In this document: positions 39,373-48,700 of the stretch, piece by piece
Layout: each line of letters starts with the position of its first letter
Numbering within the stretch: the first letter of the stretch is position 1
DNA from: a virus
Strand: one strand, 5' to 3'
Virus record (IMG/VR): IMGVR_UViG_3300046694_000202
Span: 1 to 64,000 of that record
Length of the DNA: 64,000 nucleotides
Program-made: the position numbers and the translations under genes
Notes under the pieces: generated by a model
Told to the model about the DNA's origin: nothing
The model's database searches: none
The model's input: the letters and a program-made list of their open reading frames with translations, nothing else

Positions 39373-42081
39373 ATGGGTGCGCTGTCCGGCTCCAATTCCG
39401 TAACGAGCAGCGCTACCACTTTCAACCTGTCCTCGCCGGCACAGACGGATTACATCGTCTATCCGGCGACGACAACGCCGACCAGAAAGAGCGGTGCTGG
39501 CTCGACGATCATCGCGGCGGCGGTGCTCGGCGCCGTCTCGTTCGCGACGTTCAACTACGGCAACAACCTGTTCACCTGGACAGGGGGTGCGCCGACCGCG
39601 AGCGGAACGGCGGTCGCGGGCGGGATCTACACGAACCCCACCACCGCTTCGGCGGTGGGTCAGGGTATTCGGCTCGTCCTTCCGGCCGATACGAATTCAC
39701 GCACGGCCGTCATCTACTGGGGCGCGAATAGCTGCGCGCCGCAGCTCGTCGCGACGCTCTCGGACGGCAGCGCCACACCCCTGACGCTCACGCCGACCGC
39801 GACCGGCTCGAACATCGACATCTACTACGCCGCGACCATCACGTTTGCGGCGAACAGCGCGGGCCAGACGCTGACGATCGACATGACGGTGAAGACGCTC
39901 CAGTCGGGCGGCAACATCTTCATCGGCGCGGCGAAGTATCTGACGGCGGTCTCGTCAATCACCGGCTCGGGCGCGGGTGTCCAGAACGCGAACACCAGCT
40001 CGGCGTCGGGCACGGTGGGCATCACCGGCTCGGGCGCCGGCACGCAGGCGAAGGACACCGCAGCGGCCACCGGTACGGTCAGCGTTTCTGGGGCCGCTGC
40101 ATCGACGCAAGCGCCGGATAGCGCGGCGGCAACCGGCGCCGTGGGCATCAGTGGTACGGGCGCAGTCACCGAGGGCAAGGACGTAAGCACCGGCACCGGC
40201 GCGGTCGCCGTCTCGGGGTCTGCAGCGCTCACCGAAGGCAAGGACGTAAGCACGGCCACGGGCGCCGTAGGCGTGTCTGGGGCAGGCTCCGCGACCCAGG
40301 CGAAGGACAACGCAGCGGCAACCGGCGCCGTAGGCGTGGCGGGCCTCGGAAGCGCTTCCCAGGCCAAGAACACGGGCAGCGCGACCGCCACGGTTGGCAT
40401 CAGCGGCTCGGGCGCGGCGACGCAGGCGAAGAACACCAGCTCGGCGACGGCGCAGCTCGGCGTGTCGGGCGCGGCCACGGGCACGCAGCAGAAGGATGTG
40501 AGCGCGGCGAGCGGCGCGACCGGTATCAGCGGCGCGGGCGCGGCCACGCAACAGAAGGACTCGGCGAGCGCGGCCGGCGCGGTTGAGGTTAGCGGCGCGG
40601 GCGCGGCGACCCAGCAGAAGAACACGGCGTCGGGAACCGGCGTCGTGCTCGATGGGATCGTCGGCAGCGGCGCGGGCACACAGGCACCGAACGCGGCAGC
40701 AGCCACTGGCACGGTGAGCGTGTCTGGCTCCGCTGCGGCGACGCAAGCGAAGGACACCAGCTCGGGAACGGGCACGGTCGGTATCACCGGCGCGGGCGCG
40801 GCGACGCAAGCGAAGGACACCAGCTCGGGAACGGGCACGGTCGGTATCACCGGCAGCGCGGCGATCACGCAGCAGCCGAACGTCAGCACCGCGACCGGCG
40901 CGATCGGCAACGTCTCGCAGGGCAGTGCGGCGATCACGCAGCAGCCGAACGCCGCCAGCGGAACAGGCACGGTCGGCATCACCGGCACGGGCGCGGCGAC
41001 GCAGAAACCGGACGCGAGCGCGGCGAGCGCGGCGGTCTCAGTCGACGGCAGCGCAGCGGCGAGCGCCGCGCGCGACGGCGCGAACGGATCTGGCGCGGTC
41101 GAGATCACCGGCACGGGCGCCGCGACTCAGGCGCGCAACGTCATGAATGGCGTCGGCTCGGTCTCGAACAACGAGATCACCGGCACGGGCGCGGGTGTGC
41201 AAGCCCCGAACGTGTCGGCGGCGACGGGCGCCGTGGAAATCACCGGCACCGCTGCGCCCGTGCAGCGCGCCAACGTATCGCACGCAACAGCCTTCGTCGA
41301 TAGCGGCGAAGCACCCCCGGCCCCGAGCCATAACCCTGTTTTGAACAAAGGACGAACCATGAAATGGTTCCAAGCTGGTGAAGACCTCACCTTCGATATC
41401 GAGATCCTGGTCGGCGGGGTGCCCTCGCAGCCGGACCCTGGCACCGTCACGTTCACCGTGCGCGATCAGAACGGGGTGGCTATCCCCGGCCTGAACAACC
41501 AGCCGGTCAACGTGCCGGGAACGACCGCGTCGATCTCTGTGCCCGCCGCCTCGAACATGCTCGCCGATGGCGCGGAGAGCGAGTCGCGCTTCGTGACGCT
41601 CGCCTACATCGCATCGGGTCAAAGCCGGCAGCTGCGCACGTCGTACAGCCTGCACGCGTTCCTGCCGATCGAGGCCTCGTGCGACGCGGTGCGCAGCCTC
41701 GTCGGTGTGTCCTCGGACGAACTGCCGGACGATGACATCGCGCTGGTGCTCAGCTACTTCGACCTCGTGGCCGAAGAGGGCGACACGTTCAAGGACGCCT
41801 TCCTCGCGAAGAACCAGACTCGAGCCGCGGCGAACCGCGCGCTCGCGCTGCGCGCCGCGCTCGAAGCGGTCCCGTCCTTGCAGCTGCGGATCTTCCAGTC
41901 GCGCCAGAGCGAGAACTCCTCGTTCAGCCGCTTCGGCGCCGTCGACTGGGAACGCCTGAAGCTCGACTTGCGCGACCAGCTCGCTGCAGCGCTGAAGTTC
42001 ATTTCCTCGCCCACCACGACCGCCGCGATCCCGACGTACTTCATGGTGTCCGCTCCGACCGATAACGTGACGAACTCATAA
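39373..42081 (+). CDS. Repeat-rich fibre protein fused in frame to a probable head-tail adaptor
   Basis: 902 aa: beta-rich N-domain, 21 repeats of about 21 aa, Pro linker, then a 240-aa domain with VR..VGVS.DELPDDDI. Confidence 0.75.
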   Translation: MGALSGSNSVTSSATTFNLSSPAQTDYIVYPATTTPTRKSGAGSTIIAAAVLGAVSFATFNYGNNLFTWTGGAPTASGTAVAGGIYTNPTTASAVGQGIRLVLPADTNSRTAVIYWGANSCAPQLVATLSDGSATPLTLTPTATGSNIDIYYAATITFAANSAGQTLTIDMTVKTLQSGGNIFIGAAKYLTAVSSITGSGAGVQNANTSSASGTVGITGSGAGTQAKDTAAATGTVSVSGAAASTQAPDSAAATGAVGISGTGAVTEGKDVSTGTGAVAVSGSAALTEGKDVSTATGAVGVSGAGSATQAKDNAAATGAVGVAGLGSASQAKNTGSATATVGISGSGAATQAKNTSSATAQLGVSGAATGTQQKDVSAASGATGISGAGAATQQKDSASAAGAVEVSGAGAATQQKNTASGTGVVLDGIVGSGAGTQAPNAAAATGTVSVSGSAAATQAKDTSSGTGTVGITGAGAATQAKDTSSGTGTVGITGSAAITQQPNVSTATGAIGNVSQGSAAITQQPNAASGTGTVGITGTGAATQKPDASAASAAVSVDGSAAASAARDGANGSGAVEITGTGAATQARNVMNGVGSVSNNEITGTGAGVQAPNVSAATGAVEITGTAAPVQRANVSHATAFVDSGEAPPAPSHNPVLNKGRTMKWFQAGEDLTFDIEILVGGVPSQPDPGTVTFTVRDQNGVAIPGLNNQPVNVPGTTASISVPAASNMLADGAESESRFVTLAYIASGQSRQLRTSYSLHAFLPIEASCDAVRSLVGVSSDELPDDDIALVLSYFDLVAEEGDTFKDAFLAKNQTRAAANRALALRAALEAVPSLQLRIFQSRQSENSSFSRFGAVDWERLKLDLRDQLAAALKFISSPTTTAAIPTYFMVSAPTDNVTNS
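39958..41300 (+). repeat. Tandem 21-aa (63-bp) coding repeats, 21 units
   Basis: Consensus approximately ITGSGAATQAKDTSSATGTVG; near-identical 63-bp duplication around 40735-40855. Confidence 0.9.
41359..42081 (+). CDS. Nested in-frame gene: probable head-tail adaptor (short isoform)
   Basis: AAAGGA SD 7 nt before ATG 41359, same frame as 39373. Confidence 0.6.
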   Translation: MKWFQAGEDLTFDIEILVGGVPSQPDPGTVTFTVRDQNGVAIPGLNNQPVNVPGTTASISVPAASNMLADGAESESRFVTLAYIASGQSRQLRTSYSLHAFLPIEASCDAVRSLVGVSSDELPDDDIALVLSYFDLVAEEGDTFKDAFLAKNQTRAAANRALALRAALEAVPSLQLRIFQSRQSENSSFSRFGAVDWERLKLDLRDQLAAALKFISSPTTTAAIPTYFMVSAPTDNVTNS

Positions 42082-42596
42082 TGTCCGCACTCCCTAACCT
42101 CACTCGCGTCCTGATCAACCTGACGCGCGGCAACGCGAAGATCTGGGGCAACGTCAATCTGCCTAGCGCCGGTTCGGGCGGCAGGATTGCGTTCGGCCCC
42201 GTGGCCAAGACCCTGCTCGCAAAGCGCGGCTCGGTCGCGCAACCGGGCGACACGGTGCTCGATCTCGGCGACCGCTACGTGCTCGGCTACTTCAGCGAGT
42301 CGGCAAACGACCAGCTGTATCGCATGTTCCGCACGCCCTACTCCGCCGATGTCATGCGCGCGAGCGCGGGGCACGACCCGGTGACCGGCTTCGACAAGGG
42401 CAGCAAGGCGGTCAAGGTCGGCTTCGCCTGGTTCGACGTGCAGACGAGCGGCATGGCCGCAGACGTTGATTCCCTCAAGCGCACGAAATATCGGATCCTC
42501 ACCGGCTATCCGCTGCAGGTCAACGACGTGATCAACGGGATGAAGATCACAAGCGTCTCGGATGAGCTGGGCATCAAAATCGCCGAGGCCGAGTAA
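42081..42596 (+). CDS. Head closure protein (putative)
   Basis: Position in the neck module; DPVTG motif. Confidence 0.55.
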   Translation: MSALPNLTRVLINLTRGNAKIWGNVNLPSAGSGGRIAFGPVAKTLLAKRGSVAQPGDTVLDLGDRYVLGYFSESANDQLYRMFRTPYSADVMRASAGHDPVTGFDKGSKAVKVGFAWFDVQTSGMAADVDSLKRTKYRILTGYPLQVNDVINGMKITSVSDELGIKIAEAE

Positions 42597-43432
42597 TGGA
42601 ACTCGACCGCCCCTTTGAAAAAGACTGGGACGACCTGAACGCCTACGTCGAGAACGTCTTCTTCACGAACGTGAACAAGGTGGTCAATGGGGCGGCGTAC
42701 GACCTTGCGGATGACATCGAGAGGAAGCTCACGAAGCAGCTCGACACCTTCTTCTCGAACCTCTCGGACATGGTCGGCCGGTGGAAGAACGCCGCGCCGA
42801 AGTGGGTCCAGGACATCAACGGGCCGTGGACCGACTACAGCGACGACTACGCCGACTTCAAGCAGGTCAGGGAGCGCGGCGCGCGCGACTACTTCGTGCT
42901 GCGCGAGATGGCGCCGGTCGCGCGCAGCAGAACCCGCCTCGCGCGCCGGCTACGCCGTGAGCGCTTCACGCGCGGGAAGAAGAAGGGAAAGCTGCGCGGG
43001 CCGAGTCTGAAGCAAGAACTCAAGACGCTCGGCAACCCCTCGGCGTACTGGGGTAGGGTCGTCGTTACGATCGAGTCGATGACGAACACGGACACGGGCA
43101 GGCGGCGCTACAACAAGGGCACGCAGCGTCGAGGCAAGCGCCCTGGTGGGCAGATCCTGAGTCCGGCCGCTGACTATCTCACCCTGCACATCGAATGGCT
43201 CCCCTCTCTGGAGGGGCTTGACGTGCTCGACCGCGGTGTGACCGAAGAGCCGCGGGAAGGAATGCTGGGTCTGCCGGGCGAGATCGCCGTGAAGCTTGAG
43301 ACGATCCAGTGGCGCAAAGACGGCAAGCAGGCATATCGTCCGCTGCTCGGCCCGTACATGCTCTGGTATCAGGACACAACGGTGCGACAGACAATCCAGA
43401 AAATCACGGCTCAACACGGAGCACAACTATGA
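42596..43432 (+). CDS. Neck / tail completion protein (putative)
   Basis: Basic Arg-rich protein with YRPLLGP near the C-terminus; position. Confidence 0.5.
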   Translation: MELDRPFEKDWDDLNAYVENVFFTNVNKVVNGAAYDLADDIERKLTKQLDTFFSNLSDMVGRWKNAAPKWVQDINGPWTDYSDDYADFKQVRERGARDYFVLREMAPVARSRTRLARRLRRERFTRGKKKGKLRGPSLKQELKTLGNPSAYWGRVVVTIESMTNTDTGRRRYNKGTQRRGKRPGGQILSPAADYLTLHIEWLPSLEGLDVLDRGVTEEPREGMLGLPGEIAVKLETIQWRKDGKQAYRPLLGPYMLWYQDTTVRQTIQKITAQHGAQL

Positions 43433-43890
43433 TCAGCACCAATGTGTATGGCGACCATCTCGCCAGCTTGATGAAGTTCTGCAAGGACTTCGCCACTCAA
43501 CTCAATGTCGTCGACGAAGATCCGTTCGAGCCGGTGCTTCTCGATGCGTACGACGACTATGAGCAGCTGCCGAAGGGGTCGTTGATTGGAGTCGCGGGCT
43601 ACGCGATCGACATCGACGAGCACATCGTGTCGGTGAAGGTGATGATCGGGATCGGCACGGAGAATGACACCAACACGTTCCGCTTGACTGCGGCGATGAA
43701 CAAGCTCGTTCAGCGGCTCTTGCCGACGAAACGTCTTGATGTGGTGGATTGCGAGACGGGGGCGCTGCTGGGGGTGATGACTATCGAGAACGGCGTTCGA
43801 GTGATGCCGGCGAGTAATGCTGGAGGAAGGACCATGAAGTATGTCGCTTTCATGGCCCAATCCGGTGTCACTGTGGATCTTGGTTCTTAA
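43429..43890 (+). CDS. Tail terminator protein (putative)
   Basis: ATG 43429 (ATGA overlap); acidic, about 150 aa, precedes the major tail gene. Confidence 0.55.
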   Translation: MISTNVYGDHLASLMKFCKDFATQLNVVDEDPFEPVLLDAYDDYEQLPKGSLIGVAGYAIDIDEHIVSVKVMIGIGTENDTNTFRLTAAMNKLVQRLLPTKRLDVVDCETGALLGVMTIENGVRVMPASNAGGRTMKYVAFMAQSGVTVDLGS

Positions 43891-44062
43891 GGCTCTCGAT
43901 CAACCGCAGATCGCTCGCCGTTCCGGCGTCGATGCCTGCTTCAATCAGCAAGATCAGCTCGGCGTTCTTTGTGCGCCGGTTGATCTTCGCCCGATTCACT
44001 ACTTGCTCGTGGACCTCGCGCGGCAAGCGGAGGGTGGATGCGATGAGATCTTCTAATTCCAT
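43868..44062 (-). CDS. Arc-family ribbon-helix-helix DNA-binding protein
   Basis: TLRLPREVHEQV..RAK.NRRTKNAELILLIE matches the Arc pattern (LRLP..l...l...A..n.RS.N.Ei); AGGAG SD. Confidence 0.85.
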   Translation of the reverse strand: MELEDLIASTLRLPREVHEQVVNRAKINRRTKNAELILLIEAGIDAGTASDLRLIESLKNQDPQ

Positions 44063-44158
44063 TTGTTGGTTCTCCTATCAACCAATAAAAACCTTTGATT
44101 CTCAAAGGTAGCACAGCTACGATCCCGACTACCAGATTTTTCAACCGGAGAACCCACG

Positions 44159-44950
44159 ATGGCTGGCGAAGCAAAGTCAAATAAGTTCATGCTGGGCACA
44201 GCCACCGTGATGGTGGGCGCCCAGTCTGACCTGTTCAACCTGAACCCCACCGACCACTCGATCGGTCTCGTGAAGAACTTCACGATCAGCGGCCAACCGT
44301 CGTACACCGAACTCACGCAAGGCGTGAAGAACTCGGTCGTGTACTCAGTCATGACGGGCAACCCCGTGACCGCGACGATGGAAGTCTACGAGCACACGGC
44401 GAAGAACTTGGCCTACGGCCTCGGTCTCGACGGCTCGGCGATGGCTCCGACCACGGTCGCCACCACGACCAACGCTGACGTGGCCGCGAACGTCGCCGGC
44501 ACGAAGCTCATCCCGTGCGCGGCCGTCACCGGCTTCCTGGTCGGCGACTGGATTCAGGCTCTGCCGGTCGGCCCGACCGACAAGGTGCTGGTCGCGAAGA
44601 TCAAGTCGATCGACGCAACCGCCAAGACGATCACGGTCCAAGACGACCACGGCTTCTCGTATGCCCTCGCCAGCGGCTCGCTGGTCAAGAAGGTGAACGT
44701 GGTTGGTATCGGTTCGAAGTCGGATCAGCCGTTCCTCTCGGCCAAGATCGTCGGCAACCTCGCGGACGGTACGCCGGTCGCGCTGTTGATCCCGAAGATC
44801 CGCGTCACGGGCGGCTTCACGCTGGCGTTCAAGTCGGACTCGTTCGGCAACCTGCCCTACAAGTTCCAGCCGTACGACCTGACCCAAGCGGATCCGTTCT
44901 ACGACACCTTCCTGCCGTACGGTCAGGCGATGTTGGCATCGGCCAACTAA
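44159..44950 (+). CDS. Major tail (tube) protein
   Basis: 263 aa, GGAG SD, biased codons, followed by a terminator and chaperone genes. Confidence 0.8.
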   Translation: MAGEAKSNKFMLGTATVMVGAQSDLFNLNPTDHSIGLVKNFTISGQPSYTELTQGVKNSVVYSVMTGNPVTATMEVYEHTAKNLAYGLGLDGSAMAPTTVATTTNADVAANVAGTKLIPCAAVTGFLVGDWIQALPVGPTDKVLVAKIKSIDATAKTITVQDDHGFSYALASGSLVKKVNVVGIGSKSDQPFLSAKIVGNLADGTPVALLIPKIRVTGGFTLAFKSDSFGNLPYKFQPYDLTQADPFYDTFLPYGQAMLASAN

Positions 44951-44986
44951 GGTTCTTAGCGGTACGAAAAAGATCCTTGATGCACC

Positions 44987-45019
44987 AAGCCTCCAGACTC
45001 ATAATCTGGAGGCTTTTTC
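44987..45019 (+). terminator. Intrinsic terminator after the major tail gene
   Basis: AAGCCTCCAGA-CTCATAA-TCTGGAGGCTTTTT. Confidence 0.75.
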
Positions 45020-45034
45020 ATTCCTGGATCCACC

Positions 45035-45457
45035 ATGACCACCACCCAAAAATCCGCGCCGGCGCCCCGCCTCAAAGTCACCGTCAATGACGTGCAGCGC
45101 GAGCTGTTCATGTCGTTCGGCTTGCTCAACGAGCTTTGCCGCGGCGTCGGCAGCGTCCAGTCGGCGATTCAAATCCCGACCGATTCCGAGCTGCGCGACT
45201 ACACGCTGCTGGCTACCCTGTCCGAGCGCAACGAGAACGGTGAAGTCGACACGCCGATCAACCTGCGTCTGATCGACATGTCGCTCGAAGATGCCGAGAA
45301 CCTGCTGTCGTGGGCCTCCGATCACTGCGTCGATTTTTTTCTGCGGACGATGGAGAGAGTCGTCAAGACGCAGGAGAAGAACCTGGATCGGTTCGCAAGC
45401 CTGAAAGCAAAAAGCCCGGAAAGCTCACAGCCTTCGTCGACTGGTTCCGCGACCTGA
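45035..45457 (+). CDS. Tail assembly chaperone (gpG-like)
   Basis: Position between the tube and tape measure genes; DFF codons form a slippery run. Confidence 0.75.
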   Translation: MTTTQKSAPAPRLKVTVNDVQRELFMSFGLLNELCRGVGSVQSAIQIPTDSELRDYTLLATLSERNENGEVDTPINLRLIDMSLEDAENLLSWASDHCVDFFLRTMERVVKTQEKNLDRFASLKAKSPESSQPSSTGSAT

Positions 45458-45744
45458 GCTTCACAGACGGGGTGTGCTGGGCATTCGACGTGGTGCCCTC
45501 CGAGCTGCCCCGAATTCTCTGGAAGTACACCCGAGAGGACATTAAAATTCGCACACGCTTGAAGCTTGGCGAGGGTCAAGCTCATCATGTGCAGCAATTC
45601 CAGACGATCGCCACCCTTCTCTCCGGATTCTTAGGTGGGGAAACTTCAGAATCAAGTGGCTCAGATAGTGAGTCGTCCTCTGAAAAGCCTAAGAACTTCG
45701 AGGATGCGCAACGTCAACTAGCAGCAGTCTTCGGGAAATCGTAG
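45334..45744 (+). CDS. Tail chaperone -1 frameshift extension (gpT-like)
   Basis: T TTT TTT at 45334-45340; the -1 frame stays open to 45744. Confidence 0.6.
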   Translation, partial: FFSADDGESRQDAGEEPGSVRKPESKKPGKLTAFVDWFRDLSFTDGVCWAFDVVPSELPRILWKYTREDIKIRTRLKLGEGQAHHVQQFQTIATLLSGFLGGETSESSGSDSESSSEKPKNFEDAQRQLAAVFGKS

Positions 45745-45746
45745 GA

Positions 45747-48700
45747 ATGGCAGATAACCAGCAGATCAAAGATGTCGAAGTAGGCATCGGCCCCGCCGAA
45801 TCTTCCTTCAGGAAGTTCGAACAGTTCTCCGACATGCTGAAGGGCGTGCATCGCGCACTCCTCGAAGTGAAGGAGGTCGCCGCGGGCATTCAGGTCGGGG
45901 AGAAGAAGGACCAGCAGTCCTTCATCCAAGAGCTGAAGGGTCTGCAAAGTGAGATGCGGGTTCTGCTCAACTCCGTTCGCTCGGGGGCCCCGAACATCCA
46001 GGCGAACGCTGCCGTCCTCTCGGGCGCGGAACAGACGCGCAAGTTCGCCGACAAGAACATGGAGCTGCTGTCGAACCAGCAGCTCATCGCGTATTTGGAG
46101 CGCCGTGTCCTGCTCGAAAAGCAGCTGGGTGTCGCGAGCGAGGCGAACCGCCAGTACGCAGCCGGCCAGATCAGCATCAACAACGAGATCGAGGCGACGA
46201 CCAAGCGCGTCGTGCTGCAGGCCGAGCGCTACAAGCAAGCGCTGATCGAAGGCGACCGCACCGCGGAAGACTCAGCCAAGCGCGAACTGCGCAATGGCCG
46301 CGACCGGATCGAACTGCTTCAGAAGGAACTTGAGCTGCGCGAGCGCGGCGCGAAGGTGCGCCTCGGCCGCGCGCTCGACCAGCAGAACAATCAGGACGCC
46401 ACGCTCGCGCGCGCTCAGCTCGATGAGTTGAACGACGACAAGAGCAGCGTGGCTGCGGCCCGCCGCACGATCGGCTCCGCTCAACGCCAAGCCGAAGCGC
46501 TGGCCAAGGCAGAACTCGACCGCACCGGTAAGCAGATGCGCAGCGCGCAGGTTGAGGATAACCGCCGTGCCATCGCCGAAGGCCTGCAGCTTGAGCGCCA
46601 GATGCGTGAGGCTGAAGTCTGGAAGCGCATGGACGATGCGAAGAAGGAAGCCGCGCTCGAAAAGATGATGCGCGCGGCGCTCATCGAAGACACGGCGCGC
46701 ACGAACGCGCAAGCCGCCCAGCTCGAAAGTCGCACCCGTCAGGCCGAACTCTGGAAGCGGATGGACGACTCGCAGAAGGAAGCCGCGCTCGAAAAGATGA
46801 TGCGCGCGGCACAGGCCGAGGACGCGCGGCGCGACCGCAACGAATCAGCCAGGATCGATGCACAGATCCGTGCAGCTGAAGTCTGGAAGCGTCAGGATGA
46901 CGCGAAGAAGGAGGCTGCGGCCGAGAGGATGCTGCGCGCGGCACAGGCCGAGGACAAGCGCCGCGAAGAAACCGAGGCGGATCAGCTCGAACGGCGCACC
47001 CGTCAGGCCGAACTCTGGAAGCGCATGGACGATGCGCAGAAGGAAGCCGCGCTCGAAAAGATGATGCGGCAGGCGAGCGCTGAGGACAAGCGCCGCACGC
47101 TGGCCGAAGCCGACAAGCTCGAAACGCAGACCCGTGCAGCCGAAGTCTGGAAGCGGATGGATGACGCGAAGAAAGAGATCGCGCTCGAAAAGATGATGCG
47201 CGCAGCAGCGGCCGAGGACGCGCGGCGGGACCGAAAGGAAGCTGCGCAGCTCGATGCGCAGATCCGCCAAGCCGAAGTGTGGAAGCTCCTCGACGACCGG
47301 AAGAAAGAGCAGGCGCTCGAAAAGGCGATGCGTCAGGCCTACGCCGAAGACCTCCGCCGTGATCAAGCCAAGCAGAGCCAGACGCCCGCCTCGCAAGAAG
47401 CTCGGGACGCGGCGACGCGCGAGCGCCGCTACAACCAGACCTTCGGAGACGGCGGCGCTGCCATCGCTCTGACGCAGACCGCCCTGTTGGCCAACTACAC
47501 GGTCACGCAAGGCTTCATGCAGGCGTTCAGGTCCGCGATCCAGTTCACGGTCGAGTACGAAGAAGCGCTGGCCCACCTGAAGACGATCACGCAAGCGACG
47601 AACTCCCAGATGATGGAGCTGTCGGGCACGATCGAGGGCGTCTCGAACGCGTCGCGCTACAGCGCAGTGGATCTGGCCAAGGCCGCTGCGGCCCTGTCCG
47701 AGACCGGCGTCACGGTCAGCCAGATGGGCGTCGCGCTCAAGGGCGTCGCGGATCTCGCGACCGCCACGGGCGAGAGCTTCGACCAGACGGTTCAGACGGT
47801 CACCGGCGCGTTCGGCGCGTGGAACCTGTCGGCCACCGACACGCTGCAGATCACGAACCAGATCGCGCAGGCGGTCAACTCGTCCCGCCTGACGATGGAC
47901 AAGCTGCGCATGTCGATCGAAACGGCCGGCGAGACCGCGAGCGAAGCAGGCGTCTCGTTCAAGGACATGCTGGCCGCGACCGTGGCAATCACCGACAGCG
48001 GCACCGCCTCGGGCGCGACGCTCGGCGGCGGTCTGCGCCAGCTCCTCATCGATCTGGAAAAGCCCAGCAAGTCGATGAAGGCGATCCTCGACCAGCTCGG
48101 TCTCACGCAGGAAGACATCAGCGTCAAGACGCACGGCTTGGCCGGCGCTCTGCAGAACCTGAAGGACGCGGGCTTCACGTCGGCCGACGCGATGCAGGCG
48201 TTCGAAGCACGTAGCGCCTCCGCGTTCACGTCGCTCTCGACCAACCTGCCACGCATGGCCGAGTTCCAGCTGTCGCTGAACAACACCGACGCGGCCGCGC
48301 GCGCCAACGCCGACCAGATGAACACGCTCGGCGCGCAGTTCGATCGCTTCAAGAACCAGACGAGCATCCTGGTGGGCGAAGCGTTCAAGCCGCTGCTCGA
48401 CGGTTTCAAGAACCTGTTGATGGTGGTCTCGGACTTCGAGTCCGCGATGCGCGAAAGCACGCTGCTGGTTGAAGGTCTGGGCCTCGCCTTCGGTACGGGC
48501 GCGCTGGCGGTAGCACTGCGCTACATCGGCGGGCTGCTGGGGGGTCTGGCAGGCCTCGCGGTCGGTGGCTTCGAAGCAGCAGCTGGGGTCGCGGCGATCG
48601 GCGCGGCGATCGGCCCGGTCGTTGCCCTCGTCGCGGGTCTCGGCGCGGGCCTCTACTTCCTCATGCAGAAGGCGAACGAATCGACGGACACGTTCGAGAC

